Assembly (NCBI GenBank): GCA_964658305.1 | Contig: OZ210885.1 | Span: 24,490,001 to 24,554,000 of the forward strand | DNA: 64,000 bases | Source of the DNA: Leptogorgia sarmentosa | Taxonomy: Eukaryota | Direction: 5' to 3' | Shown: in pieces, positions 48,793 to 61,173 of the stretch | How positions within the stretch are numbered: position 1 is the first letter of the stretch | Layout of the letters: each line of letters begins with the position of its first letter | Translations under genes and position numbers: made by a program | Notes under the pieces: model-generated | Databases searched by the model: none | The model's input: only the letters and a program-made list of their open reading frames with translations | Told to the model about the DNA's origin: nothing

Positions 48793-51700
48793 AACAAGGG
48801 GGAATTTCGTTCTCGACCAATCAGTGCATTTGTTGACATTTTTGCGCTAAGCCAATCAGAACGCGTAAATCGCTATTTTGTAAACAAAGATGGGTACAAA
48901 TATATACTTTACTCTTCGGCTTTGTTGCCATTGGAATCTTGATATTTTATTCTGAAATTATAATATGTTGTTTAGGAAAGATTTTCCTACAATATTACCG
49001 TGGCGATTTGTAAATAATGGCGATTTCGGGGAGATATGCACGTCCAAACTTTGCCGCGCGCAAGCATAAATAATGCCCTTCGAATCCACCAACCTTTTGA
49101 CATCTTAACTTATTAACTTGTTAATTTCCCGTTTCTAAACATGGTGAATTCACGATCAGAGTGTCATGAGTCATGACATGCACACATGACAAACGGATGC
49201 TTTGCGAACGTTTTCAATCGCTTTTATTTTGCGAAGGAAAGCGAATGATATTCTGAAACTCACCGAACTTCAAGACATCGAAGTCTCAAACCTATGCCAA
49301 CATTTCACCCTCGATATCAAATTGAAGACAGTCTGTGTGTCGGTTGTATTTTGGAATTCGCCTTCTTCATCAACATCAAGCGACTCGAGAAGTGACTCGT
49401 CCTCGTTGTCATCTTCTTCATTGTCTGTCAAAGTTTCCTCATCATCGGGCCCTTGACTGTCGTCTGATGAAGGAGCGAACTCATGGACTGCTTTATTTGC
49501 CGCTTCTCCGAGTGATGCAGCTTTCGACATGAGGAACTCTTGGCAAATCTTGCACACGCTTATGTCTGGAAGGTTGCACTGGAGATGAAAGGAATGCCCA
49601 CAGCCAAGAAAGACGCGCCATAATGTGCTTGTGTGAGTGCAATGGACGGCATCACACACTCTGGTTTAAATCACAGAGTAAGAATAAGGTAAGGACTGAT
49701 CTATATATTTTTATTATTATGACCGATTATATGTAACTTACTTTTGTGGATTTGGTGACATTTCCACTGAGAAAAATCCAAGTGGGAGCACTCTGTTGGT
49801 TACAACTTGGTCACCAAATAAATTGGGTAAGACCCATCTGCTCATGTCCTTCCTCTGCCTGTGCTGCCGTGGTTGTTGGGTGGCTTGTCCTGAGTGGGAG
49901 TGGATTAGCTCAAACTTTTTAACTAAATATTCAGCTGCTTTGGTTTTTAAACAATCAATCCGCTTTCTGCTGAAGTTAAATTTTCTGGGTGGGACAAATG
50001 ATGACTGAGACTCCTGCATTTCTGTCTTGCATGCATCAATCTCTCTGGCCTTCTCCTGAACTTGCTCTGCCATGTCTGTGTCGTTTGTCCTTGCTCTGAG
50101 CACAGAGTGGAAGTTTTCCACAGGGTATTCGTCCAAAGCTACCAAAAATTGTTGGATGACGTGGTTCAGTGGGTGATTGTTTTCATGCCAATAATGGAAA
50201 TTAGAAAGAGCAATAAGCAGTGCTTTATCGTAATGCCGGCGACAAAATACCATCATCATAACCCAACAACGGAATAATGATTTGCAGTAGAGGTTGTAAT
50301 TACTGCCCTTAAAGACAACTGAGTAAATGCTTAGCACAAGTGGCACATAGTTATCGATGAGGTTGACTAAGGTAAGATATTCAATGTCCTTGCAATTTGG
50401 GAAAACTGACATAATAGTGTCTCGAATAAGAGTCCAACCCCCATAGATGACCTCTAGGAGTAAGGATAGTCGCCAAGCTTTCGGTTTTTTTGCCAGCTTT
50501 GCCTTTGTGCCGAAGAGGAATGAATACAGTTCAGCAAATACAGTGTGGAACTGGAGGAAAACAGACTCTCGGGAGTTTAAGGAAATATGTAGTGGGCCAA
50601 TAAGTGGGATGACGTTGTTGCAGACAGTGGGAAGAGATACAGATGCAGTGTTGTACACAAGTTGTCGCATGAAGAATTGCATAGGCCAATCTGCAGGAAA
50701 GGGAGCTACGAAATTGCTCAGGTAATCTTCTAAACCATTAGCCAATATATGTTTGAAAGCAACCAGGACATCTTTGTAGGATTTCAAGGGCAATTTGAGA
50801 CTGTCAACAAGCTTGGTGTTATCCATACGTCGCATCTCTCTGATTTCGGTCTGTTGATAGTCATGAATTGCAACTCGCTTTTTTTCTGCCTCGGGGTCAA
50901 AATACTCGGCAACTGCCCAATCAGGCATTGTGCTGGCATATGTTTGGGAACAAGTGCTCATATGCTCCACTATTAACTGTTTCAGTGAAGTTTCCTCAAC
51001 AGGATTAGCAGGTAATATAGGGTGAATGTAATCATTAGGAACAGCTTGAATGTTTGGAAAAACTTTGACAAGGAGAGTTGTGGTGTGCACTGCTTGGGTT
51101 TGGGTCTTACTCTCAGGACGGTGCTTCGTATGAATGTTATGATAATCGTCAATACAAAATATAATAAATTGTTGCTTTTCTATTACAGTTTGAAAGAATA
51201 CTTTCACTCTATCAAGGTGGGAAGCTGATGAAGTTAGCATAGAGGCTTTCATGGTACGTGGGTGTGCAACAATCCCCAGATTTCGCAGCGATGCAAGTCC
51301 TTGCTGGCTAATACCGAACTGTTGAAGGGTTCTTGCCAGAGATAATTGGAACCAGTTAGCACGCTGTGACCTGGAATACATCATGATGTACAGTACAACC
51401 ATAACTCTTAGCTTTGTCAACTGCTGCCGCTCACCTGACATCCGAGTTGAACTCATTGCATTGATGAATGTCGAAAAGAGATTTGAAACTCCAGCCTGTG
51501 TACAAATTTCTTGAAATTGATCAGGATCCATTACAGGGGGCTGTGGATCATATGCAAGAAAGAATGTTTTCAACTTTTCTAGGTCACCTTCAATGTCGAT
51601 GATATCAGCAGTTTTTCGAAGCAGCTCTTCATATTCACCCTTTGAAATGACAGTTACTTCTGTTGTCTGGCACTCAACACTTGTCTTTGTCTTCAAAACT

Positions 51701-52985
51701 TCAAATACCTCGGAATTTTGACTTGGGGAACTCAGTGTGACAGTTGACTCAGTGCTTTGGCTACCAGATAACTGAATGGTGGAAATACTTGCAGTTTGGG
51801 TGTGTTCACTACTGGGTGATGAGTAGGAGGCGGAATGGACAGGGACACTTGCAGTCGCAGCCACATCTTCATTTTCTTTCACAAACTCACTTGGCAGATA
51901 AGTCGATAAACTGTTCAGCTACATTAAGAAAATATTTACCTGTTTATTACTACTATGTTAATTCCCAAATTACTATAGAATGCGAATGCGGGCCACACAC
52001 TGGCAAGTAATGGTAACTTGGCAAAACAATAGTTTTGACTTTCGGTACCTGCCAGAGTACTGTATTAATGGTGTGAAACCAATACAGTATACATTACTAA
52101 TGTCCACTCCAATGTAGTCCAAATGTTGTTTATGTCCATACAGCACATGTAACCCTAAACTTTTTTCATGTCACTAAGTCTCTTTCATTTTTTTTTCAGA
52201 AAATACTGACTTACAAGATATATCAATAATATTCCAATATACATTATTATTCCATTAGTATTCCCCTTACCTTCATTTCAATACTGTCCATATGTAGTCG
52301 TTTTGGCAAATGACGAGTGATATTTCTCTTTTTGAGGCACTCGTGAATACAATTTTTGCAAAGTTGGCTGATTTTTTTTGACGTTTCAATTTGTTTTTCA
52401 CATGCCAAAAAAATAGAAAGCGCTTGTCCCAACTCACACCAACCAAACGCTTTTAATTTTACCATCTTGGAGTCTTCATACCCTTCAGACCACTCGTTGT
52501 GAAGAGGGTTATTGCACTTTTTTCCAAATCTAGGCATTTTATTGTACGAATTTCTCAAGCGGATAACTATAGAACAACGTATAGACTTCGAAAGACTTGT
52601 GTGTTTGGAATTCATTATTTTCCCGTTGGCGGGAAAATATAGCGTTCGAAAGAACACTATATCTAATTTCGATTTAATTTCGAGTTTGGTGGATTCGAAG
52701 GGCATTATTTATGCTTGCGCGCGGCAAAGTTTGGACGTGCATATCTCCCCGAAATCGCCATTATTTACAAATCGCCACGGTAATATTGTAGGAAAATCTT
52801 TCCTAAACAACATATTATAATTTCAGAATAAAATATCAAGATTCCAATGGCAACAAAGCCGAAGAGTAAAGTATATATTTGTACCCATCTTTGTTTACAA
52901 AATAGCGATTTACGCGTTCTGATTGGCTTAGCGCAAAAATGTCAACAAATGCGCTGATTGGTCGAGAACGAAATTCCCCCTTGTT
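48793..52985 (-). mobile_element. Unclassified 4193-bp DNA transposon X, apparently intact
   Basis: 300-bp TIRs 48793-49092 and 52686-52985 (AACAAGGGGGAATT...; one mismatch seen); exact 9-bp TSD AGTTCCATG on both sides; inserted in the 10-bp satellite. Confidence 0.93.
49270..52537 (-). CDS. 944-aa putative DDE transposase with N-terminal Cys/His cluster and C-terminal RING-H2
   Basis: Exons 52537-52271, 51918-49742 and 49660-49270 splice GT-AG in phase (2835 nt, no stops). Motifs CIDDYHNIH, PADWPMQ, IGPLHISLN, EYPVENFHSVLR; RING CDAVHC...CGHSFHLQC...CKIC; acidic tail. Confidence 0.8.
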
Positions 52986-55900
52986 AGTTCCATGGAGTTC
53001 TATGCAGTACTATGGAGTTCTATGGAGTACTATGGAGTACTATGGAGTACTATGGAGTACTATGGAGTTCTATGCAGTTCTATGGAGTTCTATGGAGTTC
53101 CATGGAGTACTATGGAGTTCTATGGAGTTCTATGCAGTTCTATGGAGTACTATGGATTTCTATGGAGTTCCATGGAGTACGATGGAGTACTGTGCAGTTC
53201 TATGGAGTACGATGGAGTTCCATGGAGTACTATGGAGTTCCATGGAGTACGATGGAGTTCTATGGAGTTCCATGGAGTACTATGGAGTTCCATGGAGTAC
53301 TATGGAGTTCCATGGAGTACTGTGGAGATCTATGCAGTACTATGGAGTACTATGGAGTTCCATGGAGTACTGTGGAGTTCTATGGAGTACTATGGAGTTC
53401 CATGGAGTACTGTGGAGTTCCATGGAGTACTATGGAGTTCCATGGAGTACTATGGAGTTCCATGGAGTACTGTGGAGATCTATGCAGTACTATGGAGTAC
53501 TATGGAGTTCCATGGAGTACTGTGGAGTTCTATGGAGTACTATGGAGTACTATGGAGTTCCATGGAGTACTATGGAGTTCTATGGAGTTCCATGGAGTAC
53601 TATGGAGTTCTATGCAGTACTATGCAGTACTATGGAGTACTATGGAGTGCTATGGAGTTCCATGGAGTACTATGGAGTTCTATGCAGTTCTATGCAATAC
53701 TATGGATTTCTATGGAGTTCCATGGAGTACGATGGAGTTCCATGGAGTACTGTGCAGTTCTATGGAGTACGATGGAGTTCCATGGAGTACTATGGAGTTC
53801 CATGGAGTACGATGGAGTTCTATGGAGTTCCATGGAGTACTATGGAGTACTATGGAGTTCCATGGAGTACTGTGGAGATCTATGCAGTACTATGGAGTTC
53901 CATGGAGTTCCATGGAGTTCCATGGAGTACTGTGGAGATCTATGCAGTACTATGGAGTACTATGGAGTTCCATGGAGTACTGTGGAGTTCTATGGAGTAC
54001 TATGGAGTTCCATGGAGTACTATGGAGTTCTATGGAGTTCCATGGAGTACTATGGAGTTCCATGGAGTACTATGGAGCTCCATGGAGTACTATGGAGTTC
54101 CATGGAGTTCCATGGAGTTCCATGGAGTACTATGGAGCTCCATGGAGTACTATGGAGTTCTATGGAGTTCCATGGAGTACTATGGAGCTCCATGGAGTAC
54201 TATGGAGTTCCATGGAGTTCCATTGAGTACTGTGGAAATCTATGCAGTACTATGGAGTACTATGGAGCTCCATGGAGTACTATGGAGTTCCATGGAGTTC
54301 TATGGAGTTCCATGGAGTACTATGGAGTTCCATGGAGTACTGTGGAGTTCCATGGAGTTCTATGGAGTTCCATGGAGTACTATGGAGTTCCATGGAGTAC
54401 TATGGAGTTCCATGGAGTACTATGGAGTTCCATGGAGTACTATGGAGTTCCATGGAGTACTATCGAGTTCCATGGAGTACTATCGAGTTCCATGGAGTAC
54501 TATGGAGTTCCATGGAGTACTATGGAGTTCCATGGAGTACTATGGAGTTCCATGGAGTACTATGGAGTTCCATGGAGTACTATCGAGTTCCATGGAGTAC
54601 TATGGAGTTCCATGGAGTACTATGGAGTTCCATGGAGTTCCATGGAGTACTATGGAGCTCCATGGAGTACTATGGAGTTCCATGGAGTTCCATGGAGTTC
54701 CATGGAGTACTATGGAGCTCCATGGAGTACTATGGAGTTCTATGGAGTTCCATGGAGTACTATGGAGCTCCATGGAGTACTATAAAGTTCCATGGAGTTC
54801 CATTGAGTACTGTGGAGATCTATGCAGTACTATGGAGTACTATGGAGCTCCATGGAGTACTATGGAGTTCCATGGAGTACTATGGAGTTCCATGGAGTTC
54901 TATGGAGTTCCATGGAGTACTATGGAGTTCCATGGAGTACTGTGGAGTTCCATGGAGTTCTATGGAGTTCCATGGAGTACTATGGAGTTCCATGGAGTAC
55001 TATGGAGTTCCATGGAGTACTATGGAGTTCCATGGAGTACTATGGAGTTCCATGGAGTACTATCGAGTTCCATGGAGAACTATCGAGTTCCATGGAGTAC
55101 TATGGAGTTCCATGGAGTACTATGGAGTTCCATGGAGTACTATGGAGTTCCATGGAGTACTATGGAGTTCCATGGAGTACTATCGAGTTCCATGGAGTAC
55201 TATGGAGTTCCATGGAGTACTATGGAGTTCCATGGAGTTCCATGGAGTACTATGGAGCTCCATGGAGTACTATGGAGTTCCATGGAGTTCCATGGAGTTC
55301 CATGGAGTACTATGGAGCTCCATGGAGTACTATGGAGTTCTATGGAGTTCCATGGAGTACTATGGAGCTCCATGGAGTACTATAAAGTTCCATGGAGTTC
55401 CATTGAGTACTGTGGAGATCTATGCAGTACCATGGAGTACTATGGAGTTCTATGGAGTTCCATGGAGTACTATGGAGCTCCATGGAGTACTATGGAGTTC
55501 CATGGAGTACTGTGGAGATCTATGCAGTACTATGGAGTACTATGGAGTTCCATGGAGTACTGTGGAGTTCTATGGAATACTATGGAGTTCCATGGAGTAC
55601 TATGGAGCTCCATGGAGTACTATGGAGTTCCATGGAGTACTATGGAGTTCCATGGAGTTCCATGGAGTACTATGGAGTTCCATGGAGTACTGTGGAGATC
55701 TATGCAGTACTATGGAGTTCCATGGAGTACTGTGGAGTTCTATGGAGTTCCATGGAGTACTATGGAGTTCTATGGAGTTCCATGGAGTACTATGGAGTTC
55801 TATGGAGTTCCATGGAGTACTATGGAGTTCCATGGAGTACTGTGGAGTTCCATGGAGTTCCATGGAGTACTATGGAGTTCCATGGAGTACTATGGAGTTC

Positions 55901-57505
55901 CATGGAGTACTATGGAGTTCCATGGAGTACTATGGAGTTCCATGGAGTACTATGGAGTTCCATGGAGTACTATGGAGTTCCATGGAGTACTATGGAGTTC
56001 CATGGAGTACTATGGAGTTCCATGGAGTTCCATGGAGTTCTATGGAGTTCCATGGAGTACTGTGGAGATCTATGCAGTACTATGGAGTACTATGGAGCTC
56101 CATGGAGTTCCATGGAGTTCTATGGAGTTCCATGGATTTCTATGGAGTGCCATGGAGTTCCATGGAGTACTGTGGAGATCTATGCAGTACTATGGAGTAC
56201 TATGGAGTTCCATGGAGTACTGTGGAGTTCTATGGAGTACTATGGAGTTCCATGGAGTACTATGGAGTTCCATGGAGTACTATGGAGTTCTATGGAGTTC
56301 CATGGAGTTCCATGGAGTACTATGGAGCTCCATGGAGTACTATGGAGTTCCATGGAGTACTGTGGAGATCTATGCAGTACTATGGAGTACTATGGAGTTC
56401 CATGGAGTACTGTGGAGTTCTATGGAATACTATGGAGTTCCATGGAGTACTATGGAGCTCCATGGAGTACTATGGAGTTCCATGGAGTACTATGGAGTTC
56501 CATGGAGTTCCATGGAGTACTATGGAGTTCCATGGAGTACTGTGGAGATCTATGCAGTACTATGGAGTTCCATGGAGTACTGTGGAGTTCTATGGAGTTC
56601 CATGGAGTACTATGGAGTTCTATGGAGTTCCATGGAGTACTATGGAGTTCCATGGAGTACTATGGAGTTCCATGGAGTACTGTGGAGATCTATGCAATAC
56701 TATGGAGTACTATGGAGTTCCATGGAGTACTGTAAAGTTCTATGGAGTTCCATGGAGTACTATGGAGTTCTATGGAGTACTATGGAGTTCTATGGAGTTC
56801 TATGGAGTTCCATGGAGTTCTATGGAGTTCCATGGAGTACTATGGAGTTCCATGGAGTACTGTGGAGGTCTATGCAGTACTATGGAGTTCCATGGAGTTC
56901 CATGGAGTACTGTAAAGTTCTATGGAGTACTATGGAGTTCCATGGAGTACTATGAAGTTCCATGGAGTACTATGGAGTTCCATGGAGTACTATGGAGCTC
57001 CATGAAGTACTATGGAGTTCTATGGAGTTCCATGGAGTACTATGGAGTTCCATGGAGTACTGTGGAGATCTATGCAGTACTATGGAGCTCCATGGAGTAC
57101 TATGGAGTACTATGGAGTTCCATGGAGTACTGTGGAGTTCTATGGAATACTATGGAGTTCCATGGAGTACTATGGAGCTCCATGGAGTACTATGGAGTTC
57201 CATGGAGTTCTATGGAGTTCCATGGAGTTCTATGGAGTTCCATGGAGTACTATGGAGTTCCATGGAGTACTGTGGAGATCTATGCAGTACCATGGAGTAC
57301 TATGGAGTTCCATGGAGTACTGTGGAGTTCTATGGAGTTCCATGGAGTACTATGGAATTCCATGGAGTACTATGGAGTTCCATGGAGTTCTATGCAGTAC
57401 TATGGAGTTCCATGGAGTACTATGGAGTACTATGGAGTTCCATGGAGTACTGTGGAGTTCTATGGAGTACTATGCAGTACTATGGAATACTATGTAGTAC
57501 TATGT
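52986..57505 (+). repeat. About 4.5-kb 10-bp satellite (YATGGAGTWC), right arm of element B
   Basis: About 450 in-register units, mostly TATGGAGTTC and CATGGAGTAC, with recurrent variants TGTGGAGATC and TATGCAGTAC. Confidence 0.99.
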
Positions 57506-57866
57506 AGGGTTATGTACCATTATCGAGGGTTAGGAAAGGATATTCATGATTATGAACATGTATAGAACCCTTAGATACATTACAGCTGGGATCCACAATA
57601 GATCAAGACTATGAAGTAGTTACCAGGTTTTCAGACCAGTTGTCATGGAAATGGCATCAGCAAATGACGAATTTTTGGCTTCACTTTTTGTTCGCGTGCG
57701 CTTCCTCCAGTATGGTGGCCGAGAACTGCCATTTCGAAAATTGAGTTTATTTTCATTTTATATCAACGTGGCCGAGAACTGCCAACTGCCAAATTATCTA
57801 TACCCATTTGTCCTTAATATCCATCATATTACCCATAGTTACCCTTAGTTATCACAAGCTGTTAAG

Positions 57867-59358
57867 ATGGCGGAAATACAAAAATGGAGGAGATTTGCGA
57901 ACGCCATAAAAAAGAAACGAACGACAGGCCAAACAACAAAGAAAAATGGAAATCAAAAAGAAAGTAACAGCGGTGGTTCGTCGGACAACAGTATTTTTGA
58001 AAGAAAAGAGCTTTTAGTGCAACTGTTAGCAACAGAAGCTACTGGAAAGGCGAAGAAATATGAAAGAACTGGTCCCAAGGAATTTGTGGCTTTTCCGTAC
58101 GAAGAAGTAACAATTCCTAACATCATAAGGGCTTGCAATAAACATTTTCAAAAGCATCTCAAGGGCAAGTCAGTTGATGTTCTGGCAAGCGAACGTGGTC
58201 CTTCGTGTTCCAAAATCTCGCAACTGCCAGATCTTAAATTAATACACGTGCGTTTTGTCATCAATTCCTCGGTTCCTCTCTCGAGTTCTCCATTTCCCAG
58301 CTATAGGGAAGGTTTGTCCTCTGGTGTATTAACGCCACGAATATCTGTTCCGTGCTCCACAATTAGTTCCAGTCTGAAGCGACGAACATCACCACCATTG
58401 TGAGTGAACAAGTTCCCCAAAAGCCTTCCAGTAACCGCGATGATGAAGCTAGGCTCACCCATTAACGTCACAGACTGTCAAAGTGAAACTTTAGTTGACG
58501 TTTCCTGCTTCGACATAAATAAAATGGCTTGGTCAACTCCCATCTTTGTTCCATTTACCATAGAAAAAGAAGAATTTGGAAAAGGTGGCTTTCGTTCTGC
58601 ATACAAAGCATCTTGTAACTTGCCTCATTTTCCAACAAGAGCATATGTTGTCAAATACTTTTTGGAAAGTACTAAGAAAATTATTAGCGACCTTGGAGAG
58701 TCGGAGTTGTATCACGCTCGAAAATCGGTCCAAATGCATTCCCTGGCCAAACATTTTTCGGAAAAAATTGCTACCAAGGTGAAAAAGGATGGGAATGAAG
58801 AAGTGTTTGGAAGAACCTTCAGGTATAATAAAATAACATGAAATCTAAGGTCTTATTGCCATCAAGTGTGCTAATATCAATTATTTACGAAAGTCTGGTT
58901 CGGGGTTTGATTGGATCTACTTGGACACACACATGCTTGCTTTAATATTTTCAGTTTTTTATTTCTCTAGATATGTAGATGCTCATCTTGGAATTGTCAA
59001 AGATACGCAACAGGTTGTCACAATTGAAGAACTTGTGACAGGCAGTTTCGAGAAGTATGTGAATAATGATGGTGTCATTTGTAAGAACAAGAATGATGAT
59101 TTGCAAAACAAGGCAGAGTGTCTCGTCCACTTCTCTTATATCAAATCCAATAGGAAATTAATGCTTGTGGATATCCAAGGTGCAGGCCACAATCTGACAG
59201 ATCCAGAAATTGCATCACTTACTGGGGCTTATGATGATGAGAACCATTTGCTTTTCTGTGCTGGCAACTTTTCCAAAGAAGCTTATGCCAACTTTTTTAA
59301 GGTACATGAGTGCAATGCGTTTTGCAATTTGCTGGAACTTTCACCCGAAGATGTTTGA
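57867..59358 (+). CDS. Alpha-kinase (eEF2K/MHCK/TRPM-type) domain protein with one in-frame TGA
   Basis: FGKGGFRSAYKA, YVVKYF, FEKYVNNDG, HFSY, LVDIQG, LTDPEIAS, GNFS, HECNAFC; intron 58823-58970 joins in phase; TGA at 58401-58403. Confidence 0.88.
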
Positions 59359-59420
59359 ATAAACATTTGGCATAACTTACCACTTATTATAGTATTTATA
59401 TTTTGCAAATAATTTTAATA

Positions 59421-59446
59421 GTTGTTGTTGTTGTTGTTGTTGTTGT
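59421..59446. repeat. (GTT)n microsatellite
   Basis: About 8 GTT units. Confidence 0.9.
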
Positions 59447-59644
59447 GGTGATAAGACACAGAGCCATTGGTACATGCAAACAATTTTGCTGTACAATTTG
59501 TCAGAACGTTGCATTATAACGTTGACTGATCTGTGATCAGAGACTGTACTTTTATATGTGTATCTTGTTACTTTTGTTAAAATAAAATGAATTGTAGAAT
59601 ATTTCAGTTGAATGTTTGAAAGATGTCAATATAGTACATTCGAA

Positions 59645-61173
59645 TCAGATCTCTTTCATTTCAAAATATCTTTGCTTCAGTGTGAGATATGATTGGACAA
59701 ATTCATTACACTTTATTTCTTCAGGATTTTGCCTCAAATCATCCAAATCTTTTCGAAATGATGGTGGGATATAGTCTTCAGGAGCATCTAAAACCCCAGA
59801 TAACTTTGCAACTTGCGCCAGATCTTCTTGAGATACATGGAATCCTAAAATTGAAGTTTATGAATTCAGCACTGTTAAAAAAATCTGCACATAAGAGCAA
59901 TGAAGTATAAATAACACATGAGTTTAAGATACCTTTTTTTTCCATTCCATATCTGTCTGGGAATTCATATATGTGATTTGGAACTCCATCTGCCATTAAT
60001 GTATCCTTTTGAGCCCTGATCCTATGAGTATTCCACACAGTATCTCTGAATTCATTCAGCTCTCTTTGCATGACTGGTATCATTATATAGGCCAGGATGT
60101 ACCTAAAATATCAGGCAATGGATTGTGAGTACTACTTTTATACCTGAAAGGTCTTAAAGCCCACATTTTTTATTTATCAGAACTTAAGCATTAGACCATA
60201 AATTACCTGTCTATTTCTTGGCTTGGATCGTAATGGCATTCTTCCTTTAACCAGCATAAACCAGCTTTGAAATATTTTTCTAATCTGTCGTGAAGTTCAC
60301 GCCACCATCGCTCAATCTGAAAAAGACATCAAGAAGAGAAATTTTATTTCTATAGGAATCAGTGCAATACTTAGTGAAAGACTGTTAGTTAATTTATTTA
60401 ATCAATTATTTAATTGTTTGATTGAATTTATACCTGATTTGATGGGGAAGGTCCAAATAAAATTGATTCAGATGGGTCTTGTAAATCACCTTGCCTCTCT
60501 CGAAGATATACATGTATAGTACTCATAGTGGTTGTCTCTGTTCCCTTATCCAAGCAAAGGTAATGAGGTAATGTGTGACTTTCTAATAGGGCTTCAAGGT
60601 ACCACTTTCCTATCAGAAGTGGATTGGATTGGTATTCCAAATTCTAATCCACATCAGTTTACGGCTAGCCGTATCCACACAACCATAAATGGCTAATGGA
60701 AAGGTTGAATTTTGAAACCCCGTCAATTTATCGTGGCCATCAAGTGAGTATGTCCAGTTGGGGCCTAATGTTACAAAATGACCTTTAGCTTTGGCTTTTT
60801 TGGCACCAGGTGCCCTAGCTGCCAGTCCATCAGGATCAAGGTCAAACATGAGGTTATGAACTAGATCTCTCGGGACCTTTAATTTGTACTTTTGGCGAAG
60901 TTTTTGAGTCATTGCTCGATACCCAAGCAGCTTTCCGGACCCATCAAGCTCTTGGATCACTGCTTCTCTTGCATCTTCCACTGAAACATTCCCATCAATA
61001 TATCTTATCTCGAAATAATTAAGTCTTCGGTCGAGAGAACGCAGGCTCCATTTGTAGCATGGATAATCTCTAGCCATAAAATCTAGAACTTCAGTACGCT
61101 GTAGTCGCTGTTGAACATATTTTATCAGATCGTTTTTCAACTTCGCATCATTTTTCCACGTTGTCGTCGCCAT
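59645..61173 (-). pseudogene. IS3EU-type integrase-core transposase, 4 exons, one frameshift
   Basis: GYRAMTQKL, GPNWTYSLDGHDKL, GCVDTASR, LDKGTE, SNQ/IERWWRELH, WNTHRIR; exons about 61173-60435, 60317-60207, 60103-59932, 59845-59645; frameshift near 60625. Confidence 0.85.

Larger units (their letters stand above)
26750..57624. mobile_element. Giant foldback-type DNA transposon B (MULE-like), 30.9 kb including nested inserts
   Basis: About 120-bp unique TIR GGTAACTACTTCATAGTC...GACTATGAAGTAGTTACC (one mismatch seen) continues into mirrored 10-bp repeats; exact 8-bp TSD AGGTTTTC at 26742-26749 and 57625-57632. Confidence 0.92.

Noticed and set aside
52939..57565. Very long ORFs (1338 aa, 1107 aa and others) of MEFHGVLWSS repeats
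   Set aside because: The 10-bp unit has no stop codon on this strand, so all three frames are open with the same peptide; an artefact of the satellite.
26750..57624. Polinton/Maverick
   Set aside because: AGTAGT is internal and in the wrong orientation, the TSD is 8 bp rather than 6, and no PolB, capsid or retroviral-type integrase belongs to the element.
58399..58406. GTGAGT splice donor that would bypass the kinase TGA
   Set aside because: The sequence after the TGA stays in frame and looks coding, and I found no convincing nearby acceptor; a nonsense change is simpler, though RNA data could overturn this.
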